A stretch of 64,000 bases of DNA. Origin: Vicinamibacteria bacterium. GTDB taxonomy: Bacteria > Acidobacteriota > Vicinamibacteria > Fen-336. The position numbers and the translations under genes are program-made. A model generated the notes under the pieces. It was given only the letters and a program-made list of their open reading frames with translations. It was not told where the DNA came from and did no database searches. Positions 46,175-54,470 of this stretch are shown one piece after another. Position 1 is the stretch's first letter. Each line of letters opens with the position of its first letter. The stretch lies in NCBI GenBank assembly GCA_039812725.1, contig JBDIBD010000001.1:3550-67549 (forward strand). Reading direction: 5' to 3'.

Positions 46175-47022
46175 TCCCGGCCGACTACATCGCGGAGTGG
46201 CGCACGCTCGGCCCGGCGCCCTGGCCCACCGACGCCCAGGTGGAGCAGGACCTGCTCCTCAGCCGCGCCATCGTGGCCCTCTACTCCGAGCCGGACGTCG
46301 CGAAGGCTCTGGCCTTCCGCGGAGGCACCGCCCTCTACAAGCTCTACGTCCACCCACCACGGCGGTACTCCGAGGACATCGACCTCGTGCAACGCGAGGC
46401 AGGACCCATCGGTTCCACGATCGACGCCGTGCGCCGAGCGCTCGACGGCTGGCTGGGCCAGCCCAAGCGCACCATCAAGGACGGCCGCGTGGTCATGTAC
46501 TACCGCGTGCCGGGCTCCGGCGGGCCCGAGGAACGGCTCCGCATCAAGGTCGAGGTCGACACCCGCGAGCACTTCTCCTCCTACGGCATCGTCACGCGCA
46601 CCGTGCGCATGGCCTCGCGCTGGTCTGCGGGGGAGGCTCGCGTGCGGACCTACGTCCCCGACGAGCTGCTCGCCACCAAGCTGCGAGCCCTGTACCAGCG
46701 CAAGAAGGGGCGGGACCTGTTCGACCTCTGGACGGCCTGCCAGGCCCTCACCATCGACCCGGCACGCGTGGTGCGCAGCTTCCTCGACTACATGGCCCAC
46801 GACGGACTGCGCGTGTCCAGGGCCGACTTCGAGGCCAACCTGCGCGAGAAGCTCGCCGACCCGGAGTTCTGCGCCATCGACAACCTCCTGGCCCCCGGCA
46901 CTCCCTGGAGTCCCGACCAGGCCGGCCAGCTCGTGCTCGACGCCTTCCTCCCGCTCCTCGAGCGCGAGAGGCCCGGCGTGGAGCGCTTCCGGCCAGCGCC
47001 CCGGCGCGGCCCGGAGCGCTGA
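46171..47022 (+). CDS. abiEii: AbiEii/DUF1814 nucleotidyltransferase toxin
   Basis: FRGGTALYKLYVHPPRRYSEDIDL signature; GTG overlapping abiEi stop (GTGA). Confidence 0.85.
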   Translation: MIPADYIAEWRTLGPAPWPTDAQVEQDLLLSRAIVALYSEPDVAKALAFRGGTALYKLYVHPPRRYSEDIDLVQREAGPIGSTIDAVRRALDGWLGQPKRTIKDGRVVMYYRVPGSGGPEERLRIKVEVDTREHFSSYGIVTRTVRMASRWSAGEARVRTYVPDELLATKLRALYQRKKGRDLFDLWTACQALTIDPARVVRSFLDYMAHDGLRVSRADFEANLREKLADPEFCAIDNLLAPGTPWSPDQAGQLVLDAFLPLLERERPGVERFRPAPRRGPER

Positions 47023-47153
47023 GCGGGCGAACCCTGGCCCGGCTCCGTTCGCCGTCTCCCCCGGATGGCCCCTGCTCCAGGAGGAGCGCCGGCAAGAGCG
47101 ACCGACAAGGTCCGCGGCAGTCTGTGGTATGTTCTTTTCCGAAAGGAACGGAC

Positions 47154-47741
47154 ATGAATGCCGTCCGCCTGGAACCGGGACGAGTCTATAGAACCCGCGA
47201 CCTCGCTCGCTGGACCAGCAATCCGCCACGGCTGGCCCGCCAACTCGTGCGAGAGGGCGCGCTCACGCGTCTCAGCCGTGGGCTCTTCGCGAGCCCGACG
47301 CCCAGCCGGTTCGGGCCGGCCCCCCCCACGGACACGGCCCTCTTGCGCGGCTTCCTCCACAACAGCCCCTTCGTAGTCACAGGGCCGGAGCGCTGGAACG
47401 CCCTCGGCCTCGGTACGACCGCGGTCTTCCCCTCGACGCTCGTCTACAACACCAAGCGCTCCGGCCGTTTCAGACTGGGCGGGAGGAGCTTCACCCTGCG
47501 GCGCGTGGCGTTCCCCAAGAACCCAGCGCCCGAGTGGTTCGTCGTGGACCTGCTCGAGAACGCAGCGCACGTGGGCTCCGACGCGGCCACCATCTTGGCC
47601 GCCGTGCGCGTGGCGCTGGCACAACGACGGTTCGATCCGACCGGGCTGCTCACGATGGCAGACCGCTACGGGACACGAGCCACCCTGCGGTCGATCTCCC
47701 AGGCGGTGAAGGGCGCGTCCTCACCCGAGCGCGACCGGTAG
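47154..47741 (+). CDS. AbiEi_4-like N-terminal domain protein (solo, no AbiEii partner)
   Basis: MNAVRLEPGRVYRTRDLARWTSNPPRLARQLVREGALTRLSRGLFA; AAAGGAA RBS; followed 77 bp later by a metallophosphoesterase gene. Confidence 0.6.
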   Translation: MNAVRLEPGRVYRTRDLARWTSNPPRLARQLVREGALTRLSRGLFASPTPSRFGPAPPTDTALLRGFLHNSPFVVTGPERWNALGLGTTAVFPSTLVYNTKRSGRFRLGGRSFTLRRVAFPKNPAPEWFVVDLLENAAHVGSDAATILAAVRVALAQRRFDPTGLLTMADRYGTRATLRSISQAVKGASSPERDR

Positions 47742-47817
47742 AGGCCAGCGCGCGAGCCGCCCCCGAACCACAGCCGCGCGAAGCGCCCTGCGGCCCCCAG
47801 CCTGCTACGCTTCCGCG

Positions 47818-48651
47818 ATGCCTCTCGTGCGTCCGGGCTCGAAGGGCGACAAAGTCGCGCTGGCCATCCTGGTCTGCGGCACGGCCCTCGCCCTGTACGC
47901 CTTCCTGGTCGAGCCGTACTGGATCGCGGTCACGCGGCTGCACGTCCCCGCGCCCGTCGCCCGCAAGCTCGTCATCGCGCACGTGGCCGACCTGCACACC
48001 TACGGCCTCGGCCGGCGCGAGGAGACGCTGCTCGGCCTCCTCGAGCGGGAGCGCCCCGACGTGATCGTTCTCTCCGGCGACCACCTGGTCGACGGAGACC
48101 TGCGCAGCCCGCCGTTGGGCCTCCCTGACGACCCCAGCTACGCCATGGCCGCGCCGGTCCTGCGCCGCCTCTCGGCCCCGCTCGGCGTCTACGCCGTGCG
48201 TGGGAACTGGGAGGTGGCTCGCCACACCCCCGACGAGCGCGGGTTCTACGCGGGCGTGGGCGTGCGCCTCCTCGTCAACCAGGCGGCCCAGCTTGTCCCC
48301 GGGGTCTGGCTGGCCGGCCTCGACGATGCCGGGCCGAACGCGGAGGAGGCGGCCCGCGAGGTCCCGGCGGGGGCGTACGTCGTTGCCTTCTTCCACTCCC
48401 CGGCCATCTTCGACCGCGTGGCCGGACGTTGGCCCCTGGCCCTGGCCGGACACACCCACGGGGGGCAGGTCGTCATCCCCTTCTGGGGCGCGCCGTGGCT
48501 CCCACCCGGCAGCGAGCCCTACACTGCCGGCACCTACCTCAAGCTGGAGTCGCAGCTGCACGTCAGCCGCGGCATCGGCACGGCCATCCTGCCCGTCCGC
48601 TTCGCCTGCCGGCCCGAGCTGGTCCTGGTCACCCTCACGCCGGACTCTTGA
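47818..48651 (+). CDS. membrane-anchored calcineurin-like metallophosphoesterase
   Basis: N-terminal TM helix (VALAILVCGTALALYAFLV); MPE motifs AHVADLH, GDH, GNWE, GHTHGG. Confidence 0.8.
   Translation: MPLVRPGSKGDKVALAILVCGTALALYAFLVEPYWIAVTRLHVPAPVARKLVIAHVADLHTYGLGRREETLLGLLERERPDVIVLSGDHLVDGDLRSPPLGLPDDPSYAMAAPVLRRLSAPLGVYAVRGNWEVARHTPDERGFYAGVGVRLLVNQAAQLVPGVWLAGLDDAGPNAEEAAREVPAGAYVVAFFHSPAIFDRVAGRWPLALAGHTHGGQVVIPFWGAPWLPPGSEPYTAGTYLKLESQLHVSRGIGTAILPVRFACRPELVLVTLTPDS
48541..48625 (+). repeat. direct repeat copy 1 (3' end of metallophosphoesterase gene), ~95% identical to 48922-49005
   Basis: CAGCTGCACGTCAGCCGCGGCATCGGCACGGCCAT..TGCCCGTCCGCTTCGCCTGCCGG..CCGAGCTGGTCCTGGT present twice, flanking the Phd-like gene. 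Confidence 0.7.
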
Positions 48652-48670
48652 CCGGCTCCCGGAGGCGCCC

Positions 48671-48910
48671 TTGGTCACCATCGACATTCACGAAGCCAAG
48701 ACCCAGCTCTCAACGCTGGTCGATCAGGCCGCTCGGGGCCAGGCCTTCGTGATCACGAAGGCCGGCAAGCCCCTGGTCAAGGTAACGCGGCTGGGTGCGT
48801 CCGCGCGGCCACGCCGCCTGGGCTTCCTGGCCGGCGAGATCGAGGTGCCCCACGACTTCGACCGCATGGGCGTCACGGAAATCGAGACCCTGTTCGGGAG
48901 CGACGCGTGA
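48671..48910 (+). CDS. Phd/YefM (prevent-host-death) family antitoxin, apparently orphan
   Basis: TIDIHEAKTQLSTLVDQAARGQAFVITKAGKPLVKVTRL matches Phd/VapB-Phd type antitoxin; TTG start after GGAGG; no toxin gene follows. Confidence 0.55.
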   Translation: MVTIDIHEAKTQLSTLVDQAARGQAFVITKAGKPLVKVTRLGASARPRRLGFLAGEIEVPHDFDRMGVTEIETLFGSDA

Positions 48911-48921
48911 GGGTTCAGCCG

Positions 48922-49005
48922 GGGTCACAGCTGCACGTCAGCCGCGGCATCGGCACGGCCATATTGCCCGTCCGCTTCGCCTGCCGGGTCCGAGCTGGTC
49001 CTGGT
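48922..49005 (+). repeat. direct repeat copy 2 (duplicate of 48541-48625)
   Basis: See copy 1. Confidence 0.7.
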
Positions 49006-49022
49006 AAGGTCTGGTCAGCGCT

Positions 49023-49577
49023 TCAGGGCGTCAGGGCGCACCGCCAGCTCGCCTGGTCTCTCAAGCGTCTGCAGACGGGGTCATCCGCCAGGCGTCGACA
49101 CGCGGCGACAGCCTCCGCGTCACCACCCTTCGTGCCAACCCTGTGTGAGAACACCACTCTCTCCTCCCAGGGCCCGAGGAGCTCGGCACAGTAGAGGCAG
49201 TAGAGCGCGCCGGTCTGGCAGCTGACCAACCAGGTGCCCGTGGCCACCAGCCGCCCGGACTGAACCAAGGAGCAGTCCTTCTCACCGCGGGGGATCTTGC
49301 TGTTGATCGCCGCGATGCGCGCCACGTCGTCGTGGGGATCGTCGCGGCAGAAAAGGCGCGCGAGGCGTCTGTCCCCGGAGTGGATGCCGGCGTCGGCGCT
49401 GACGACCCTGTACTCGCCGGGGGTGGGCCGTATCGGGCCACTGTGTGCGGGCGCGGCGCTCCTGAGGGCCCGCGAGAACAACGCCCGCTGGGCGGCCACG
49501 CCCAGGAGCGAGACGGCCGCCGTCACGAACACGGCGACAACGAGGGAGCCGCGCAGCGAGGCACGAGGCAGGACCAT
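49023..49577 (-). CDS. membrane-anchored Cys-rich hypothetical protein
   Basis: ATG at 49577 with GGGAGG RBS 8 nt upstream; N-terminal TM (LVVAVFVTAAVSLLGVAAQ); 184 aa. Confidence 0.5.
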   Translation of the reverse strand: MVLPRASLRGSLVVAVFVTAAVSLLGVAAQRALFSRALRSAAPAHSGPIRPTPGEYRVVSADAGIHSGDRRLARLFCRDDPHDDVARIAAINSKIPRGEKDCSLVQSGRLVATGTWLVSCQTGALYCLYCAELLGPWEERVVFSHRVGTKGGDAEAVAACRRLADDPVCRRLRDQASWRCALTP

Positions 49578-49747
49578 GGGGGGACCTCCCGGTTTGCGAG
49601 AGACCAGCCGCCGCCAAGGGTAGCACCCAGCGGTGGCCTCCCAAGGGCCCAGAACTCGGCCAAGGGGCCGTCGAGCGCCTGGCCCCCGTGCTCGCGGGCC
49701 AACGTCCACATCCCAGATGGCATGCTACGATATGCCAGGTGGTGCAC

Positions 49748-50221
49748 ATGGGCGCAGCCCCAGCCGAGCTCGAGGAGTACCGCAGGGACATCGCCGCCGG
49801 CCGCGCCGGCGCGTACCGCTTCGTCGGCCTCATGGGCCTGCCCTCGCGCGACCCGCTCGACCTCGCCAGGCGCGTGGCCAGGGGCCTGTCCTTCGCGGCC
49901 CTGGAGCGCTTCCGGCGCAACGCCGGCCTGTCCCTGAGCGAGGTGGCGGACGCCACCGTCATCCCGCTCAGCACCCTGCACCGGCGCAAGAAGGAGCGGC
50001 GGCTCGAGCCACAGGAGTCGGACCGCCTGCTGCGCGTCTCGCGTGTCTTCGGCCGCGCCCTGGAGCTGTTCGAGGGCGACAACGACGCGGCGCGGCGCTG
50101 GCTCGCCACGCCCCAGCGCGCCCTGGGCGGGGAACGCCCCCTCGACCTCGCCAGGACCGACGTCGGAGCGCGCGAGGTCGAGGCCCTGGTCGAGCGGCTC
50201 GAGAACGGCGTCCTCACCTAG
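49748..50221 (+). CDS. Xre/MbcA/ParS-like antitoxin (DUF2384) of RES-Xre module
   Basis: 157 aa; C-terminal ...AARRWLATPQRALGGERPLDLARTDVGAREVEALVERLENG matches DUF2384; AGGTGG RBS. Confidence 0.75.
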   Translation: MGAAPAELEEYRRDIAAGRAGAYRFVGLMGLPSRDPLDLARRVARGLSFAALERFRRNAGLSLSEVADATVIPLSTLHRRKKERRLEPQESDRLLRVSRVFGRALELFEGDNDAARRWLATPQRALGGERPLDLARTDVGAREVEALVERLENGVLT

Positions 50222-50228
50222 CCGCACC

Positions 50229-50690
50229 GTGCCCAGCGCCTGGCGCCTCACCAAGACCAAGTACCTGTCCACCGCCTGGGATGGCGCCGGGGCGCGCCGG
50301 GCCGGCGGGCGCTGGAACAGCCCGGGCGTGCCCGTGGTCTACACGTCGGAGACCCTGGCCCTCGCGCTCGTCGAGATCCTCGTGCACCTGCCCAGTGGCC
50401 TGCTGCCGGCCTACTCGGCCATCCCGGTGGAGTTCGACGAGGGCCTGGTGACGACCGTGCGGCCGCGCCAGCTGCCCCACGACTGGCAGGCGAGCCCGCC
50501 TCCACCCGCCACCCAGGCGCTGGGCGACGCCTGGCACGCCGCCGCCACCAGCGTCATCCTGCGTGTCCCGAGCGCCGTCGTCCCGCAGGAGTGGAACTAC
50601 GTCGTCAACCCCGACCACCCCGACTTCGCCCGCCTTCGCATCGGGACGCCACGCACCTTCCCGTTCGATCCGCGCCTCGCCAAGCCCTGA
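50229..50690 (+). CDS. RES domain toxin (NAD+-targeting RES family)
   Basis: AWRLTKTKY...AGGRWNSPGVPVVYTSETLALALVEILVH matches the RES domain; GTG start 8 nt after antitoxin stop. Confidence 0.8.
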   Translation: MPSAWRLTKTKYLSTAWDGAGARRAGGRWNSPGVPVVYTSETLALALVEILVHLPSGLLPAYSAIPVEFDEGLVTTVRPRQLPHDWQASPPPPATQALGDAWHAAATSVILRVPSAVVPQEWNYVVNPDHPDFARLRIGTPRTFPFDPRLAKP

Positions 50691-50754
50691 TTCCGCCTGC
50701 GTGGGCCCCGCGCCCAACGCGATGCCCCTTCCCACAGGCGTATCCTGTGGGGCG

Positions 50755-51360
50755 ATGTCGCCCACCTACACCGAGTACGTCGAGCTCGAAGCGCGAAGTC
50801 CCGTGCGCCACGAGTTCGTGAACGGTGAGGTGTTCGAGATGGCGGGCGGCACGCCCGCCCATGGTGCGCTCGCCTCGGCGCTGGCCCGCGACCTGGGATC
50901 TGGCCTGCGTGGCAAGCCCTGCCGGGTCTTCTCCTCCGACGTGCGGGTGTTCGTGAAGGAAACCGGCCTCGCCACCTACCCGGACCTGTGCGTCGTCTAC
51001 GGCACCCTCGAAACGACCGACGAGGACAAGGACGCGCTCGTGAACCCGGTGCTGCTGGCCGAGGTGCTGTCTCCCTCGACGGAGGCCTGGGACCGAGGCG
51101 GCAAGGCGGCGCACTACCGCCGCATCCCCTCCCTGCGCGAGATCCTGTTCGTCAGCCCTGACGGGCGGCTGGAGGTCCAGCGCCGCAGCGAGCGTGGCGT
51201 CTGGGAGCTGGTCGACGCGCGGGTCGGAGAGAGCCTCGAGCTCACGTCCCTGGGTGTCGTGCTCGACGTCGCGGAGCTGTTCCACGACCCGCTCGCCTCG
51301 GGGCCCTCTGATCTGCAGCGCCTCGCCCAGGGCCCCGGCAGGTCCACGCCGGAGCGCTGA
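50755..51360 (+). CDS. Uma2 family endonuclease (second copy)
   Basis: 201 aa; Uma2/DUF820 layout; 3' end runs into repeat copy G (…GRSTPER*). Confidence 0.75.
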   Translation: MSPTYTEYVELEARSPVRHEFVNGEVFEMAGGTPAHGALASALARDLGSGLRGKPCRVFSSDVRVFVKETGLATYPDLCVVYGTLETTDEDKDALVNPVLLAEVLSPSTEAWDRGGKAAHYRRIPSLREILFVSPDGRLEVQRRSERGVWELVDARVGESLELTSLGVVLDVAELFHDPLASGPSDLQRLAQGPGRSTPER

Positions 51361-51478
51361 CGGTCCGCGGGCCGGCAGATCCGTGGCCGCGCCCCCGCTC
51401 AGCGGCCCCGATCCGGCTCCCGGGGAGGTGGTGGGGCCAGATCGGCCATGGTCATCCGACGGACAGGCTCCGGAAGCT
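51350..51478. repeat. palindromic repeat element copy G (split variant: AGCGCTGAC - ~37-bp insert - GCTCAGCGG + long right arm)
   Basis: Seen in sequence. Confidence 0.6.
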
Positions 51479-51623
51479 CGAGCGCGAAGCGCCACGCGGG
51501 CCGCACCGGCGCCTGGCGGCTGTCGCCCAGATGCAGCGGCTCGGATTCGAGGCGTGACACGACCAGGGGTGTCGCCGACGGGTGCTCCTCGAGCGCCTCG
51601 GCGAGGGCGCGCGACTCGCGCTC
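51399..51623 (-). pseudogene. 3'-terminal fragment of DUF4143 ATPase gene (duplicate of 43872-44098), no N-terminal part
   Basis: Encodes ...SRALAEALEEHPSATPLVVSRLESEPL(H/Q)L.D.RQ.PVRPAWRFALELPEPVRRMTMADLAPPP.REPDRGR, near-identical to the C-terminus of 43872..45263. Confidence 0.6.
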
Positions 51624-52353
51624 CCACCCGCTGGCGCGGTCGCTCGAGCAAGCTCGCCAGGTCGTGCTTCCGGTGTGGGGTCTTGGGGTCCAGGGGCCTT
51701 CGCCGCACACCACGAGATATAGCGCCATTTTCGTTGACAGCCCTATACCAGTCGCATAGGATCGGAGAGCTTTTCCGCGGTACGGTCGGCTCCGCCGGCG
51801 GGTTAGACCCGGGTTGGGCCGAAGACATTTTGCGAGTGGTGTTCGGGAAGCTCCCAGCTTCTCGGCTTGCTCTTGCGCGGAGAAGCCCCCAACCGTCTCT
51901 CCTCCAAGGTCGATGCCGGGTTCCTGGGCAAGAAAGAAGCGGTGAGCCGCTGCTGGTGGCTAGACCAGCGAGCGGCTCTGGGGAGACGGGCGACCGCCCC
52001 AAGGGCGATTCGCCGATGATGGGTGTCCAGCGCAAACCTATCACCGGCAGCAACCTCCGCAAAGTGGGCCCCCCAGCCTAGGGCGGGGAACGCTCTTGGA
52101 AAGCGGTGGTGAACTCTTGGGTCGGCATGATCGAGAGCGTCGGTCTCACCGTCCGCGCTTCTTTGCGAAGCGGAACGTGTTCCGCGTCGTCTTGAAGCTC
52201 GGGCTGTAGCAGACCATGCGTCCCCCGGAGACTCTCCGGGGGACGCTTCTTGCCGCTGGGTACGGTGCTCGGCTGGAAGTTGCCGCGATGACGTGGCCGA
52301 ACCAGCGCTGCTCGGTCCTCGTATTTCGTTGCGATTCTCCTGTGGAGGTTCCG

Positions 52354-52920
52354 ATGGTGCTTCGCTTTGTGCGGCGCGTCCTGGGTGCGGAGACCATGTC
52401 CGACGTGGCTGCTGACTTCCCAGCCCAGTTCGACTTGGTCCGCGTCATCCTAGCCAAGTGGCTCAGGGCCCTGCTCCGGGAGGAGATGCCGTTCGACGAG
52501 AACGTCTATGTCCCTGGCGTGCCGCAGGACGAAACGCCAGTCTGGCTGGCGGTGCAGCTGGTCAACATCCTGTTCGGAGACCCCGTGGCAATGCCCGAAG
52601 GCGTGGTGCACCCCGAAGGGATGCCCGCTCGTCTAGAGGAGGAATGGAACCTTGCCGGGCTTGCGGGCAACCTCATGGGACTGGAACAGTCCGCGTGGCT
52701 GCGGGAGGTCGTGGTCAAGACCCTGCGTGTCCGACTGGCGCTGCTCACGTACTACCAGGAGGAGGCCGCGCGCGCGGACGGGACGCTGGGTCGCATCAAG
52801 GCGCTTCTCATGCTGCATGGTGCTGAGTTCCCCAACCACCCGTCGCCGCGCGAGTACCGCGAGCTTGTCTACAGGCTGGTCTGTTGGGCTGAGAGCCCCG
52901 AGTTTCCAGGACGGGGCTGA
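52354..52920 (+). CDS. hypothetical protein (atypical, lower GC3 codon usage)
   Basis: ATG at 52354 with GGAGG 6 nt upstream; track ORF begins at 52216; start uncertain. Confidence 0.4.
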   Translation: MVLRFVRRVLGAETMSDVAADFPAQFDLVRVILAKWLRALLREEMPFDENVYVPGVPQDETPVWLAVQLVNILFGDPVAMPEGVVHPEGMPARLEEEWNLAGLAGNLMGLEQSAWLREVVVKTLRVRLALLTYYQEEAARADGTLGRIKALLMLHGAEFPNHPSPREYRELVYRLVCWAESPEFPGRG

Positions 52921-53212
52921 CGCTTCCGGGCCTCGGCGGCTGCCCCCGTCCACACCCCGCCCAGCCCACCCCGACTTCGCCCGGAACTCGTTCGCGACGG
53001 TTGCGGTAACTTGCCATCCGTGGCAAGTTGTAGCCGTGCGCTGGACGCCGTCCTCTCGGACCTGAAGCGACAGGGCTACGCGCCCGAGATCGCCCGGCTG
53101 CGTGACGCCAGGACCGTCCAGGCCGCGTTCGTGCGCTTCCCGGACCTCCTGACCGAGCTGGGCGTGGCTCGGCTCCGCACGAAGGCCCTCGCCATCCGCG
53201 ATCGACGAGTCC

Positions 53213-53530
53213 GTGCCGCGCGCGGCCGGCTACGACGGTTTCGTACGCTTCGGGCGCAGCCGCTACAGCGTGCCGCCCGAGTACGCCGGAGAGAAGGTCA
53301 CCGTCGGCCGTGAGGATCGACTCGTGGCCATCCGGGCGCGCGACATGGTCGTGGCCGAGCACCTGGCTGCAGAAAGACCCGGCTCGTGCGTGGCGGACCG
53401 CGCACACCTCGAGGCCCTCTGGAAGCTGTTGCTGCAGAAGCCCCAGAGCCCACCACCACCGCGCTGGCAGCTGACCTTCGACACAGGCGTCGAGACCACG
53501 CCACTGGCAGCCTACGAGGTGGCCCAGTGA
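53213..53530 (+). pseudogene. istA: IS21 istA transposase, C-terminal fragment only
   Basis: ...AAGYDGFVRFGRSRYSVPPEYAGEKVTVGREDRLVAIRARDMVVAEHLAAERPGS... matches the IstA C-terminal region; N-terminal HTH/DDE parts absent. Confidence 0.65.
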
Positions 53531-54329
53531 GCGTCACCAACGAGGACAAAGCCACGGCAGCGCTGGCCCAACTCGGCCTCGAGGTAGCCCAGGCCCAGCT
53601 CGGCCAGGCCGCTCAGCAGGCCGCCGCGGCCGCCTGGTCCTACACCCACTTCCTGGGCTACCTGCTCGAGGCCGAGATCGCCACCCGCCACGAGCGCACC
53701 GTGGCCCTCAACCTCAAATTTGCCAAGCTGCCCTATCTGAAACGCCTGGCCGACTTCGACTTCAAAGAGCAACCGAGCATCGACCGTCGGCTCATCGACG
53801 AGCTGGCCACCGCGGCCGCTTCCTGCACGAGGGGCGCAACGTCATCCTACCGGGCCCTCCGGGCGTGGGCAGGACCAACCTGGCCATAGCCCTCGGCGTC
53901 CTGACCGCCGAGATGGGACACCGCATCTACTTCACCACCGCCGTCGAGCTTGCTCGTCGCATGGCCAAGGCCATGGCCGACAATCGTCTCACCCGCGAGA
54001 TCACCAGCCTGGTGCGCCCCAAGCTGCTCATCGTCGACGAGGTCGGCTACCTCAGCCTGGAGCCGGCTCACGCCAGCCTTCTCTTCCAGGCCATCTCCGA
54101 GCGCTACGAGCGCCGCCAGGCCATCGTGCTCACCAGCAACAAGGCCTTCGCCGAGTGGGGGCAGGTCTTCGCTGGCGACCCGATCATGGCCTCAGCTGCC
54201 CTCGACCGGCTGCTGCACCGCTCGACCGTCATCAACATCCGCGGCGAGAGCTACCGCCTCAAGGAGAAGCGTCAGGCCCGCGCCGCGAGCACGAAGGAGG
54301 TGCCCCAGGACATCCCCCCGAGCATCTGA
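53527..54329 (+). pseudogene. istB: IS21 istB helper ATPase with 2-bp insertion frameshift near 53815-53830
   Basis: Frame A ...LIDELAT then frame B GRFLHEGRNVILPGPPGVGRTNLAIALG...LLIVDEVGY...DRLLHRSTVINIRGESYRLK; observed ACCGCGGCCGC where an in-frame ACCGGCCGC is expected. Confidence 0.7.
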
Positions 54330-54470
54330 ACTGACCCCTGGGGGGTCAATCCTGAATGCCCGAGAAGGGGTCACTTCTTCGTGCTCGTTGACACCCCCGC
54401 TCCCTGGGGGTAGCGTCGGTTCGAGAGGAGGCTCTGGCCGACGTGGCCGTTGCTCAAGGCCAAGGCCCGT

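Larger units (their letters stand above)
53200..54430 (+). mobile_element. degraded IS21-family element (5'-truncated istA + frameshifted istB)
   Basis: IstA C-terminal homology and IstB P-loop/AAA homology; right-end TGACCCC-N3-GGGGTCA inverted repeat after the istB stop; boundaries approximate. Confidence 0.6.

Noticed and set aside
45819-47741. 640-aa plus-strand ORF spanning abiEi/abiEii
   Set aside because: Wrong frame over most of its length (Pro/Arg/Gly-rich); only the 3' part from ATG 47154 corresponds to a real AbiEi-like gene.
36314-51478. Integron attC-like cassette array hypothesis for the palindromic repeats
   Set aside because: No GTTRRRY/RYYYAAC core sites, no intI or attI in the window, and cassettes are in both orientations; a REP/MITE-like element fits better.
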